A stretch of 64,000 nucleotides of DNA from Candidatus Dormiibacterota bacterium (GTDB lineage: Bacteria; Chloroflexota; Dormibacteria; Aeolococcales; Aeolococcaceae): the NCBI GenBank assembly GCA_963709585.1, contig CAVPXI010000014.1:428897-492896 (forward strand). Reading direction: 5' to 3'. Position 1 is the stretch's first letter; each line of letters starts with the position of its first letter. The position numbers and the translations under genes were made by a program. This document shows positions 1 through 10,512 of the stretch, piece by piece. Under the pieces are notes generated by a model, which searched no databases, was not told where the DNA came from, and saw only the letters and a list, made by a program, of their open reading frames with translations.

Positions 1-90
1 ATGCATGCGAGGTAGCCGCCGTTGTCGTGCGCGTATGACCGGGTCAGACACGGTGAACGCATACGCGCCGCGGCAGATCAGGGGGAGCCG

Positions 91-1093
91 ATGAAAGCGG
101 TCGTCTACGACACCTATGGCTCACCTGATGTCCTGGAACTCAGAGAGATCGACGAACCGCTGGCCAGGGACGATCAGGTGCTGGTGCGGGTCATCGCAAC
201 TTCGCTGAATGCCGCTGACTGGCACTTGATGCGCGGCCTGCCGTACCTAGCGCGCCTGATTTTTGGGCTGCGCAAACCGAGCAAGGTCACCGTTCTCGGA
301 GGCGATATCGCGGGCCAGGTTGAAGCAGTTGGCAAGAACGTGACGCGGTTCATTCCAGGTGATGAGGTCTTCGGGCGGACGCGGGCCGCCATACGCCCCG
401 ATCGTCGCGATGCCGTCGCCACAGGTGGCTGTGCCGAGTTCGCATGCGTCGTCGAGGACGTACTGGTGCGGAAGCCGGCCAACCTGACTTTCGAACAGGC
501 GGCGCCGTACCCTTGGCGGCGTTGACGGCGCTGCAGGCTCTGCGCGACAAGGGCGACGTTCAGCCAGGGCAGAAGGTCTTGATCAACGGGGCGTCAGGAG
601 GGGTGGGCACATTCGCCGTGCAGATCGCGAAGGCGTTCGGCGGTGACGTGACCGGCGTATGCGGCAGCACGAACGGGGACATGGTGCGATCCATCGGCGC
701 CGATCAGGTCATCGACTACACCCAGGAGGACTTCACCAAGGGTGGGCAGCGTTATGACCTCATCCTCGACATCGCGGATCGTTCGCTGACCGACCTGCGA
801 CGTGCGCTCACAGCTCGGGGGACTTCGTCACGATCGGAGGATCGGCCGGTCGTTGGATCAATGGCCTTGGCCGCGAAAACAAGGAGCGCGTGGTATCCCC
901 ATTCGTGAGTAAGCGGCTACAACCGTTCCTCACGAAGTGGAACCGACAGGACCTGGAGGTTTTGAAGGAACTCATCGAAGGCGCCAAGGTCACGCCGGTC
1001 GTCGACCGGGCCTACACCCTGAGTGAGAGCCCGGAGGCGATGCGTTACCTGGAACAAGGTCATGCTCGAGGAAAGATCGTCATCAAGGTGTGA
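91..1093 (+). CDS. NAD(P)-dependent MDR-family oxidoreductase (alcohol dehydrogenase/quinone reductase-like), split by two frameshifts (~503, ~823)
   Basis: [15 protein letters not shown] start; [14 protein letters not shown] nucleotide-binding motif; C-terminal GHARGKIVI; pieces lie in three consecutive frames. Confidence 0.85.
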
Positions 1094-1214
1094 GGCGCGG
1101 GCTGGCGACGGCGAACGGGTGCGACGGGTCGAGCCGTGCTCCGATGATCGAGACGCGAGGATCACCGCGGTCGCGATCCTTCGCCAAAGTCGAGTTGGTC
1201 AGGCCGGACATCGG

Positions 1215-1607
1215 TCATCCGTCTAAGGCCACTACGACGAAGCAGGCCGTGAGCACCAGCCCGATCGGTGCCATGAGGAACCGCTCCCATCGACTGTGGG
1301 AAGCGCTGTTAGCGAGTGTGCTCAGGCCGACGATTACTGCGAGCACCCAGATTCCGACGCGCACGGGCGCGGATTCCCTCGCGACCCCGAGGCGTCCTGC
1401 GCGAGCAAGGACGACATAGAACGCCGCGACGAAAACGAAGGCAGATATCGCACTTGCGCCGCGCAATCTTGCGGGTAGTACCCCGTTCGCTCCACCGAAC
1501 GCGGCGTGGCCCAGGGGGAAGCCGAGGGCCAAAAGGATCTGGAAGATCGCCATCCCGACGACCCCTGCCGCTGCAACGAGAGCCACCCAATTCGCCATGG
1601 ATCTCAT
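1215..1607 (-). CDS. Hypothetical membrane protein (~4 TM)
   Basis: Hydrophobic segments from MRSMANWVALV; FQILLALGFPLGHAAFGG and S...WERF motifs; start uncertain. Confidence 0.65.
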   Translation of the reverse strand: MRSMANWVALVAAAGVVGMAIFQILLALGFPLGHAAFGGANGVLPARLRGASAISAFVFVAAFYVVLARAGRLGVARESAPVRVGIWVLAVIVGLSTLANSASHSRWERFLMAPIGLVLTACFVVVALDG

Positions 1608-1875
1608 TTCCAACCTCTGCTGTCGCTCGGCAAGGGGCGCCGCCTCATTGTCCATCCCAGGACGAGTTCCATGGGTGGCGGTCGTCGCGCGCCGCGCCTT
1701 CTTACTTCGGGGACCTTGGCAAGGACACACATTTGGTCGTTGGCTGGCAGGCGAGTGCGGCCCAGCGACTGGATCACCTGCACCGGGTGCATCCCGAGAT
1801 GCGGAAATACGCGCCCCGTTGGTCCGGCTGAGGCCAATCCATCGCCTGTGGAGGTGTTTGACGCATTTGCGCGGA

Positions 1876-1901
1876 TGTAACTGTTGTGACGTGGTCCCGT
1901 T
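1876..1901 (+). promoter_or_regulatory. Putative ECF-sigma promoter TGTAAC-N16-CGTT
   Basis: AAC...CGT bipartite motif with 16-nt spacer, 18 nt before the ATG at 1920. Confidence 0.5.
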
Positions 1902-1919
1902 TGAATGGTGGAGACAGAG

Positions 1920-2732
1920 ATGAAACGCACAACCACCATAGGCACGGCGATCGCCGCTCTTGGCCTCGCAGCATGTGGATCGACAGTCGCTCCGAGGGTA
2001 ACCCCGACCCCCGCAACGACGGTCACCTCAACCCCTGCGCCGATCGCAACCCCTGCGCCGACCGCAACGCTCGTGCCGACTCCATCATCCACTCCCGTGC
2101 CGCCGTCGCCGAATTATTGGTGGCCAGCCGAGGGGAATGCCAACGACTCCGTGGGCATGGATAACGGAACACTCGTCGGAGTCACGTTCGGTCCGGGTGT
2201 GTATGGAACCGACCAGGCGTTCAGTTTTGGCGGAGCGGCGGATCAAGTCGTATTCAACACGGATGGCGGCAACCCTGGTACCGATGCCTTCACGTTCGCG
2301 TTCGCTCTCAAGACGACCGCGGCAACCCAAGAACAGGCCATTTGGGAGAAGCGAGCGCAGTGCGACTCCGACGGGACCAGCTTTTGGGGGTTCCGAATGC
2401 AGCCCAACGGGGTGGTCAATTTCGAGGCTCAGAATACCGTCGGCCAAGACTACGTGGACCTGGGTTCAACGGCGGTGGTCAACGACGGAGCGTGGCACTG
2501 GGTGGCCGTGACCAGACAGACCACTACGGCATCGCTGTATGTGGACGGCCAACTTCAAGCGACCACCACGACTGCAACAACCGCTGATATCTCGAAAAGA
2601 ACGCCGATGCGGGCCGGTGTGAGCACTTGTGATGGGGTCGACGGGACCAGTGCGCTCGTGGGCCAACTGGACGAACTGATGATTTTCCGAGTGGCCCTCA
2701 CCCGGTCGCAGATCCAGACCCTCGGGAGCTAA
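1920..2732 (+). CDS. Lipoprotein with Pro/Thr linker and LamG-like jellyroll domain
   Basis: Lipobox LAAC; PT-rich linker; DGAWHWVAVT, SLYVDG and GQLDELMIF motifs. Confidence 0.8.
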   Translation: MKRTTTIGTAIAALGLAACGSTVAPRVTPTPATTVTSTPAPIATPAPTATLVPTPSSTPVPPSPNYWWPAEGNANDSVGMDNGTLVGVTFGPGVYGTDQAFSFGGAADQVVFNTDGGNPGTDAFTFAFALKTTAATQEQAIWEKRAQCDSDGTSFWGFRMQPNGVVNFEAQNTVGQDYVDLGSTAVVNDGAWHWVAVTRQTTTASLYVDGQLQATTTTATTADISKRTPMRAGVSTCDGVDGTSALVGQLDELMIFRVALTRSQIQTLGS

Positions 2733-2760
2733 ACGTCGCAGCATCTTTTTGGACCTCCCA

Positions 2761-4462
2761 TCATCGTTTTGGACCTGTCACCGGTTGCCATGTCACCTCG
2801 GGCCACGACCACTCGAGGTTGAGTTCCGAGTTGAACTGCCCGTCCGCGTACGCGATTGGCGATGGCCCAGGCGCCACCGCGACCGAAACCACCCCATCGA
2901 TCGAGCTGAGGAGCAGGCGTTTGCCATCGGGTGACCACAGGAGCCCGGACACCAAGAAGTTGGGCGGGACAGGCACCTCAACGACGTTCCGGCCGCGGGT
3001 GTCCATGGTGACGACGTGTTGAGAGCTAGCGGCGACGTATGCCACTCGGTTGCCGTCCGGGGAAACCGTGGAAACGGTGCTGTAACCACCGGACGCGAGT
3101 TGTGTGTCGTGGCTGCCGTCGGCGTCTATGCGGTTCACGACCAGTGAATCACTGACCGGGTCCGTGCTGGTGTAAATGATGCCGTCGTCGGCCGTCCAAC
3201 CGATGGATCCCGAGTAGGACCCGGGAACAACTCCCTGTACCGCGATCACGGTGGGGGTGCTGCCGTCGATCGGGACGACGCGGATGTGGCCCGGCTCCGC
3301 CACCGCGATTCGCTTACCGTCGCGAGACCATGCGAATCCGTTCTGGCCCCACGGCGTGGCCAGGACCTGGAACAGCGTCGTCTTCCCTGACGTGGTGTCG
3401 GCGACCCACAGATCAGCCCCCACGCGGTAGGCGACATGCCTGCCGTCGGGCGACCACTGCGGGCATGCGATCTCCCCCGGAGCCGTCGGTAGGGTGAGAC
3501 GCATGAGCGGCTGGGATGGGTCGCTCAGTGCGACGATCACCACGGCTCGATCCGAAACGGGCCATACCCCTCGACCTGACGTGACGGCGCCTGAGGCGCG
3601 GGCCTCTCCGTAGGCGAGCCGCTGTCCGTCAGGTGAGAACGCCGGGCAGTCCTGGGCGATGCCGTCGCCGTCGGATCCGATAACCCGCCGCGGAGAGGCG
3701 CCTGGACTTAAGAGGTAGATGTCGCCGTTCTCACCCCCACCGAAGGTCCAAGGGTTCGCGGAGGCTGCGATCCAACCCTGGGAAGCGACGGACGGTGGCA
3801 CGGGCGGAGGACTTTCCGCGATGAAGATCTCCCACGTCGTCGACGGCGAGGTCGAGATCTCGATGGTCACTGGCTTCCCGAGGTCGGCCGCCTTCAGCAC
3901 CTGATTCGGGTATGAGGGCAACGACGTGGCAACGATGGCGGCATCGGCGGCTGAGGACGAGCAGCCCGGGCGCACCTCGGGGCCTAGGACGCCCGTGGCG
4001 GTGACAACCAACGAGCTGTCGCCGACGCACGCGTACTGAATGTAGAGCTCCCCTTCGGGGATGATCGTCACGCTTGCGGTGCCCATGCCCTGCGTCTCCG
4101 GCACCAGGACGGGCGCCAATACGGGCAACTCGGTTTGAATGGGCAAGTCTGAGCGAGAGGGCGAACCGGGGGTGTGGCGACGGCAGGGGGCTCGGCGACC
4201 ACACGGGGCGCAGCGGCGACACCGAGTGCTTGGCCGGCGCCGGGGTGCTCACGCGGTGTGCACTCAACTCAGTGGCGAACACGACGATTCCCGCCGCGAT
4301 CACGGCGATTCCGACAACGCCGGCGAGACGACCCAGCGCCTTTCGACCTGAACGCGACGCGCGCGTCGTGATCCGCCCGAGGCTTGGCTGCGGATCCTGA
4401 GTTGCGATGCGGTCGTACATGGCCTGCAGCTGTCGGTCCAACTCAGGCTCAATGTCAAGCAT
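2761..4462 (-). CDS. Putative anti-sigma factor: cytoplasmic N-terminus, one TM, extracellular TolB/PD40-like beta-propeller; one frameshift near 4150-4180
   Basis: Start overlaps the sigma gene end; TM LAGVVGIAVIAAGIVVF; repeated (F/W)SPDG motifs in the 2761..4146 frame. Confidence 0.7.
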
Positions 4463-4955
4463 CGCCAAGCTCCTTTCGCAATGAAGCCAACCCGCGCGCG
4501 ACATGCGTGCGAACAGTGCCCGGCTTGCATCCCATGAAATCGGCGGACTCCTCGACCGAGTAGCCGTACCTGTAGTTGAGGGTGATCGCTGCCCGCTGCC
4601 TTATCGACAAAGTGCGATATGCGTGGTCGATGTCGATGGTCTCCGCGGGACTGGTCTGACCCCGAGACGCACCGGCCGACTCGAACAGTTCGAGTGGCGG
4701 CCAGCCTCGAGCGCGGAGGTGCCGGCGTATGCTGGTGCACTGGTTGACGCACACGCGGGTCAGCCAGCGCGCCAGGTGATCGCTCTCCGATATGGACGGC
4801 CAGGACCGCCAGGCCTTGAGCAACGTCTCCTGCACCGCGTCCTCTGCTTCGCCCTCATCCCTGAGGATGGAGAGCGCGAGTGTGTACAGCCTCCTCGCAT
4901 CGGCGGCGACCAGGGCCTCGAACGCCAGCTCTGGCCGGGATTCACTCGTTGTCAT
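4455..4955 (-). CDS. ECF (sigma-70 group 4) RNA polymerase sigma factor
   Basis: AEDAVQETLLKAW (region 2); LSIRQRAAITL...GTVRTHVARG (region 4). Confidence 0.92.
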   Translation of the reverse strand: MTTSESRPELAFEALVAADARRLYTLALSILRDEGEAEDAVQETLLKAWRSWPSISESDHLARWLTRVCVNQCTSIRRHLRARGWPPLELFESAGASRGQTSPAETIDIDHAYRTLSIRQRAAITLNYRYGYSVEESADFMGCKPGTVRTHVARGLASLRKELGDA

Positions 4956-5256
4956 CCGGCCGGCTGATCCAATCACCCCCTTAATAACGCTTTCCGAGGC
5001 GATTTTGCTGACATGCGAGGTGCGATGTTGGGCCGCAAAGGCGTGCGCCGCGAGGCACGTTGTCGACTGGCACGAGGTGATGCTCTGAGGAGGCCGGAAG
5101 CGACCGATCTCAGCAACCTCGTCCGTCGTTACTACGACCCCCAAGACGCCCCGCCTCGCGACCCGCCCAGCTCCATCGGCCAGAGCGCGGTTGTGTCAGC
5201 AAAATCGCCTCCGGAAGCGTTAGTAAGGGGGTGATGGGACCAGCCCGCCGGATGAC
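4951..5256. repeat. 63-bp inverted repeat (4951-5013 / 5194-5256, 57/63 identical) containing a putative ECF promoter, leader and start codon of both divergent genes
   Basis: Manual alignment: TGTCAGCAAAATCGCCTC..GCGTTA.TAAGGGGGTGAT..GCCGGATGAC on both strands. Confidence 0.9.
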
Positions 5257-5902
5257 GGCGACCAACGACAGAGACACCATGGCAGCCAACACCGCAACGG
5301 ACCGGCGCCGCGGTCGTACGCGCTGGGCGTTCTGGCTCGTCGCTGCGACCGCGAGCGTCACTCTGGGGGCATGCGCGGCATCGAGCCCGACCATCGCGCG
5401 CTCAGCGTCGGCAGCGCCAACCACCGCCCCCTCGTCGTTGGCACCGCCGGCCAACGGCACCTCCCCATTGCCACCGCCGACCGACCCATCGTTGGTGCCG
5501 GGTGCGCCGGCACCCCATTTGGCGGTGGAACTCTCGGTCGGAACGCCCTACACGTACTGGGCCCCTTCGGGAGACGGGATGCAGGTCACAGTGCTTGCGC
5601 TGATCGACCCCGCTCAAGGGACGAGCGGGGCACACCCCGCCGACGGATATCGCTTCGTCGCCGCCAAGCTCCAGATCAACGGGTGGGCTAGCTCGATTTT
5701 GGTCGATCCCAATCGCGACGCAGCCCTCATCCTCGCCGACAACACTGCCGCAAACGCCCAGGTCAACGACGTCGTCAAAGGCTGCGCCAACTTCCATCGC
5801 GGCAGCTATGCGATCGACGCCGGGGACGTGATCGACGGATGCCTCGTTTTCCAGGTGTCCAACGACGACCGTCTTCACGGCATGGAATGGGGCATCGGGT
5901 AG
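5252..5902 (+). CDS. Lipoprotein, probable DUF4352-like Ig fold
   Basis: Lipobox LGAC; Pro-rich linker; GYRFVAAKL...GCLVFQV pattern. Confidence 0.65.
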   Translation: MTATNDRDTMAANTATDRRRGRTRWAFWLVAATASVTLGACAASSPTIARSASAAPTTAPSSLAPPANGTSPLPPPTDPSLVPGAPAPHLAVELSVGTPYTYWAPSGDGMQVTVLALIDPAQGTSGAHPADGYRFVAAKLQINGWASSILVDPNRDAALILADNTAANAQVNDVVKGCANFHRGSYAIDAGDVIDGCLVFQVSNDDRLHGMEWGIG

Positions 5903-6262
5903 CACCAGTCGACAAGCGCGGTCGCCCGCGCGCCACCGGAACCGGCCTGCGACGTCGAGGATGGCGTGGTCGACCAGGGGCGTTGTACAAGGACACATCC
6001 ACGCTATCGACCGGCCCGGTTTGCGGCTAATCGCCCGTCATGCACCGGTCCGGCCGGCTTAACCTACATTTGCGGTTTGAAGCGCACACGTCCTCCACTA
6101 ATATGCCGGGAGTGACAAATGGCGACTGCCCGAGGGGCTCGCCCCGCGGTCATGCCGGAGGTCGTCGCCTGTCATTGCAGTCGCCACCATCGAGCCCTCT
6201 TGACGCGCGAGGCTCGTACATGGAGACTTCGCAATCGCCGACCACCATGGAGGAACCGTTTG

Positions 6263-6646
6263 ATGCCAGGCGAACTGAAAAGTGTCGCAACCGACTTCTT
6301 CGCGGCGCTTGATGCCTTGGATGCTGATCGGATGAGACAGATGTTGACGGAGGATATCCAGAGTGTCGACGAGGGCTCGCGACGCTGGCTGCGCGGCAGA
6401 GGCGACGTAGACAATTACCTCCGCGAGCTGATGCCCGCGGTGAGTGACGTGGAAACGCAACTTCGAGATGCGGAGGAGCGCATTTGGGGGGACACAGGGC
6501 TACTGACCTGTTGGATCGACCAGGACTACACGATGCACGGCACCCCGCAGCACATCTCGGCTCCGACCACGCTGATTCTCCGCCGCGACGGCGGCGCCTG
6601 GAAGCTGGTCCTGTGGCATTCGATCCCTCTTCCCGAGCAGGCCTAG
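6263..6646 (+). CDS. NTF2/SnoaL-like (DUF4440) protein
   Basis: FFAALDALD start; C-terminal RRDGGAWKLVLWHS; GGAGG RBS upstream. Confidence 0.8.
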   Translation: MPGELKSVATDFFAALDALDADRMRQMLTEDIQSVDEGSRRWLRGRGDVDNYLRELMPAVSDVETQLRDAEERIWGDTGLLTCWIDQDYTMHGTPQHISAPTTLILRRDGGAWKLVLWHSIPLPEQA

Positions 6647-6940
6647 CCACACCGTTAGTCCGGAAGCATGGATAGCTCGACTTGATCGAAAGTGAGCGGG
6701 CGAGTGTCAACGAGCGTTGAACTGGGATACGAACGACCGCGCGGCCATAGCCCGGGCCAACCTCGTCCATCGTTAATACAACCCTCCACTCGGGAGTTGC
6801 GACCACTGCCGGTTCACCGTGGGCTCGAACCCCTCAGGCTCCGACAAGGCCGTCGGAAGTCTTGTTAGGATCCGCCCCGAGCCAGGGACGGATGGACCCT
6901 AGCCTCGACCACAACCGAAAGACGCAGAGGGAACCCAGAT

Positions 6941-7216
6941 ATGGCACTCAGCTTTTACTTCACGCCCAGCTCGTTCACGCCCGCACGGTACGACGACACG
7001 ATCAAGCGGCTCGAAGCGGCGGGAGCCGGAGCGCCTGCCGGAAGGTTGTATCACTGTGCAATGGAAGCGGACGGCTTGATCCAGGTGTTTGACGTCTGGG
7101 AATCTCAGGAGGCATTCGAAGCGTTCGGGGCGACGCTGGTCCCGATCATGACCGAGCTCGGCGCTGATCCCGGCAAGCCGATGGTTGCGCCTGTTCATAA
7201 CATCATCAAAGGCTGA
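6941..7216 (+). CDS. Small ferredoxin-like/ABM-type hypothetical protein
   Basis: 91 aa; VFDVWESQEAFEAF motif; GAGG RBS. Confidence 0.75.
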   Translation: MALSFYFTPSSFTPARYDDTIKRLEAAGAGAPAGRLYHCAMEADGLIQVFDVWESQEAFEAFGATLVPIMTELGADPGKPMVAPVHNIIKG

Positions 7217-7466
7217 TTTCATAACTCGCCCTGACGGGCCAGCGGGCTGACGCAGTCCAGCCCCGCGGCACGATTGACGAGCGTTTTCTCTCGGGTGACC
7301 GGGGGCCGGCGCGCCCAACGGCCATTGACCGCCAAACGACGCCCGCCAGTACAGCTGGACAACCTCGTCAATCGCTAATACCACCCCCTCCGCAAGCGTC
7401 GCCGCAGGAGGTTGCCTCGTCGGTTCGTATTCTGGCGGAGCTGCCAGGGGGCAGAGGCGGGCATAT

Positions 7467-7992
7467 CTAGCGGCAGACGGCATCGAGAAACGCCCTCGCC
7501 TCCCGCCGCGAACGGAGCACGTGCGCCGTTTTGTGAGACGCGTGCCGCGAGATCTCGGAGCGTGCGTACTCAGGTTCTGAACGGCGGTTGCGCCAAATCC
7601 TCCCTACGCCGCCCCACTCGTCGCGCAAGCGTCGCCTGACCGAGTCCTCGCAGCCCTGGGGCATCTCGCCGACGGGCTTGCGAAGCCCCCGCACAAACGC
7701 GCGAACTCGCGCACAACCACCAAGGAGTATCGAGAAAGACGACGGTTTCCGCGCGTTCGAGCCGGATGGCGAGCGTCTCGTTGTCGTTGCCGTCGATGAT
7801 CCAAGCCTCGCCGGCGAGCAACTCGCGTTGCCGGTCTCGCCACTCGTCGTCCGACGGTCGCACCCAGCCCGGCTTCCAGTAGTGGACGTCGAGGTGAATC
7901 ACCGGCAAACCAGTCCTTGCCGCGAGCTCACGTGCGAACGTGCTCTTCCCGGACCCCATCATCCCATCGACGAGGACGCGGTGGCCGATCAT
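7467..7992 (-). CDS. FlaR/topology-modulation-like P-loop kinase, frameshift at ~7705
   Basis: GMMGSGKST Walker A; HLDVHYWKPGW and WIIDGN motifs; continues in the 7467..7694 frame. Confidence 0.8.
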
Positions 7993-8099
7993 CCGAGACG
8001 GGCCGTTCACGGCGCAGAGTATTCCAAAGGCGCTGAGCAGATAGCCCGCTCGGCGCTCGCTATCACTTGAGCCGTTCGGGCTCTTCTCCACCGAACACC

Positions 8100-8225
8100 G
8101 AGGCCGGGCAGACGGGATGGGACAACCTGGTGCTGCTTTGCTACCGACACCACTGGTCGGTGCACATAGGCGGCTGATGGCTGGTCGGGTCCGAAAGCGG
8201 ATCCTGGCGATCCCGCCGTCGCATC
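8100..8225 (+). pseudogene. C-terminal remnant of an HNH endonuclease (DUF222-associated type)
   Basis: Reads EAGQTGWDNLVLLCYRHHWSVHIGG* (NLxLLCxxHHxxxH motif) with a stop at 8175-8177 and no N-terminus. Confidence 0.6.
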
Positions 8226-8245
8226 AATTCCCGCTTGGGGCCGCG

Positions 8246-9457
8246 TTACGCGCGCCCCTCCTCCCGTTTCAGTTCCTCGCGGCCGATGATCGAATAGTGG
8301 ACCTCGTCGGGCCCGTCCATGAACCGCGCGGATCGCGCGTAGGCGAACATCTGAGTCAGGGGCAGATCCTGGGACACGCCGGCCCCGCCGTGCACCTGGA
8401 TGGCGCGGTCGATCACCGTCTGGGCGACGTTGGGAGCGACCACCTTGATCGCCGAGATCTCGAAGCGTGCGCCGAGACTGCCCTGGGTGTCGAGCAGCCA
8501 CGCGGCCTTCTGGCACAACAACCTCGCCTGCTCGATCTCGATGCGCGATTTGGCGATCTGCTCGCGCACCACGCCCTGCTCGGCAAGCCGCTTACCGAAC
8601 GCGGTGCGTGACTTGGCGCGCTCGCACATCAGCGACAGGGCGTGCTCGGCGGCGCCGATCAGACGCATGCAGTGATGCAGGCGCCCGGGGCCGAGCCGCG
8701 CCTGGGCGATCATGAAGGCGGTGCCCTCGTCACCGATGCGCGCCGTCTGTGGAACGCGGACGTTCTCGAGCAGGACCTCGCAATGGCTGCCCGGGTCGTC
8801 GAAACCGAAGACCTTGAGCTGGCGGACGATGGTCACCCCGGCCGCGTCGATCGGCACCAACACCATGGTGTGCCGGGCGTGGCGTTCGGCGTCGGGATGG
8901 GTCATGCCGATGAGCAGGATGACCCGGGCGTTGGGATGCGCCGCCCCGCTGGTGAACCACTTATGGCCATTGATGACATAATCATCGCCATCCCGATCGA
9001 TGCGCGTCGCCAGCTGGGTGGGGTCCGAGCTGGCCACCTCGGGCTCGGTCATGCCGATACACGAGCGAATCTCGCCTGCCAGGAGCGGTTGGAGCCACAT
9101 GTCCTGCTGCTCGGGAGTCCCGAACTGCGCGAGCACCTCCATGTTCCCCGTGTCCGGCGCGGAGCAGTTCATCGCCTCCGACGCGATCGCGCTCCAGCCC
9201 ATGATCTCGGCGAGCGCGCCGTACTCGAGATTGGTGAGACCAGGACCGAAGCGGTTGTCCGGCAGGAACAGGTTCCAGAGGCCGCGCCGGCGCGCCTCCG
9301 CCTTCAACTCCTCCATCACCGGCGAGATCCGCTGCGGGATGGTCTCCGCGGAGAAGCCGCGCCAGTACTCCTCCTCGGCCGGCCGGATGCGCTCGTCCAT
9401 GAAGCGCCAGACCTTCTCGCTGAGCTCGCGCACCCTCTGTGTCTCCGCAAAGTCCAT
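8246..9457 (-). CDS. Acyl-CoA dehydrogenase, ACAD10/11- or LvaC-like
   Basis: NCSAPDTGNMEVL, MTEPEVASSD, RLGPGRLHHCMR and DGPDEVH motifs. Confidence 0.92.
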   Translation of the reverse strand: MDFAETQRVRELSEKVWRFMDERIRPAEEEYWRGFSAETIPQRISPVMEELKAEARRRGLWNLFLPDNRFGPGLTNLEYGALAEIMGWSAIASEAMNCSAPDTGNMEVLAQFGTPEQQDMWLQPLLAGEIRSCIGMTEPEVASSDPTQLATRIDRDGDDYVINGHKWFTSGAAHPNARVILLIGMTHPDAERHARHTMVLVPIDAAGVTIVRQLKVFGFDDPGSHCEVLLENVRVPQTARIGDEGTAFMIAQARLGPGRLHHCMRLIGAAEHALSLMCERAKSRTAFGKRLAEQGVVREQIAKSRIEIEQARLLCQKAAWLLDTQGSLGARFEISAIKVVAPNVAQTVIDRAIQVHGGAGVSQDLPLTQMFAYARSARFMDGPDEVHYSIIGREELKREEGRA

Positions 9458-9459
9458 GT

Positions 9460-10512
9460 TCAGCCTCCTTGCGTGGTATCCAACCGGCCCAGCGCCTCGA
9501 GCCCACTCTCGACGATGGCCGGCACCATCTCCCCCATCGTCTCGAACCCCTCGCCGACGGTCATCCCCATCAGGAATCGCGCGGTGATGCCCTCCGCGAT
9601 GATCGCTAGCTTGTATGCGCCGAGCGCGATGTACCAGTCGAGCGACGTGAGGTCGCGCTGCGTCCCCGCAGCGTAGTCGCGGAGGATGTCGGCTCGCTTG
9701 TAGAAGCCGTCCTCGACGGTGATCGCTCGGCCGTGCAGGGTGCGCGCCGCAGCCTCGGTGTCGTCGTCCGCCCAGTACACGCAGAGCAGGCCGAGGTCAC
9801 ACAGTGGATCGCCGATGGTGCACATCTCCCAGTCGATCACGGCGACGATGCGCGATGGATCGGCGGGTGCGTACATGACGTTGTCGAGCCGGTAGTCGCC
9901 GTGGACGATCCCGGAGGCGGACTGCGCGGGGACCGTCTCCTCGAGGCGGCGGCGGAGCGCCTCGATGCTCGGCAGCTCGCGAGTCTTCGACGCCTCCCAC
10001 TGCTGCCACCAGCGCCGGACCTGACGAGCGAGGAAGCCCTCGGGGTGGCCGAAATCGCCGAGTCCGATCGCGTCAGGGTCGATCGCGTGGAGCTGCAGGA
10101 GCGTTTCGATCAACGCCGATGACATCGCGCGGCGCGTCTGGCGTGTGTCGGGGAACGCCGCGGGGAGCGCGTCGCGGACGACGTGGCCGTCGATCCACTC
10201 CATGACGTAGAAACGAGCGCCGATCACCGGGTCGTCCTCGCACAGCGCGATCACGCGCGGGACCGGAATTCCGGTGTCCTGCAGCGCCGAGAGCACCCGA
10301 TACTCGCGAGCCATGTCGTGCGCGGTCGGGAGCACATGCGCAAGCGGCGGCCGGCGCACCACGAAACGGCGTTCGCCGTCATCGACGATGTAGGTGAGGT
10401 TCGAGCGTCCGCCGGCGATGACCTCGCCTCGAAGCGCGCCAGCAAGACCTCCGACCAGCGGCGCCAGGTACGCGGCGAGCGCCTCGAGGTCGAGCCCCGG
10501 CGGCGACGTCAC
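9460..10512 (-). CDS. APH-family phosphotransferase, ACAD10/11 kinase- or LvaA-like
   Basis: GGRSNLTY, AHDMAREY, HGDYRLDN and DWEM motifs; GTG start overlaps the atpC stop. Confidence 0.9.
   Translation of the reverse strand: MTSPPGLDLEALAAYLAPLVGGLAGALRGEVIAGGRSNLTYIVDDGERRFVVRRPPLAHVLPTAHDMAREYRVLSALQDTGIPVPRVIALCEDDPVIGARFYVMEWIDGHVVRDALPAAFPDTRQTRRAMSSALIETLLQLHAIDPDAIGLGDFGHPEGFLARQVRRWWQQWEASKTRELPSIEALRRRLEETVPAQSASGIVHGDYRLDNVMYAPADPSRIVAVIDWEMCTIGDPLCDLGLLCVYWADDDTEAAARTLHGRAITVEDGFYKRADILRDYAAGTQRDLTSLDWYIALGAYKLAIIAEGITARFLMGMTVGEGFETMGEMVPAIVESGLEALGRLDTTQGG

Noticed and set aside
5014-5193. Invertible phase-variation switch between the 63-bp inverted repeats
   Set aside because: The promoter-like elements are inside the repeats, so inversion would change little, and no recombinase is nearby
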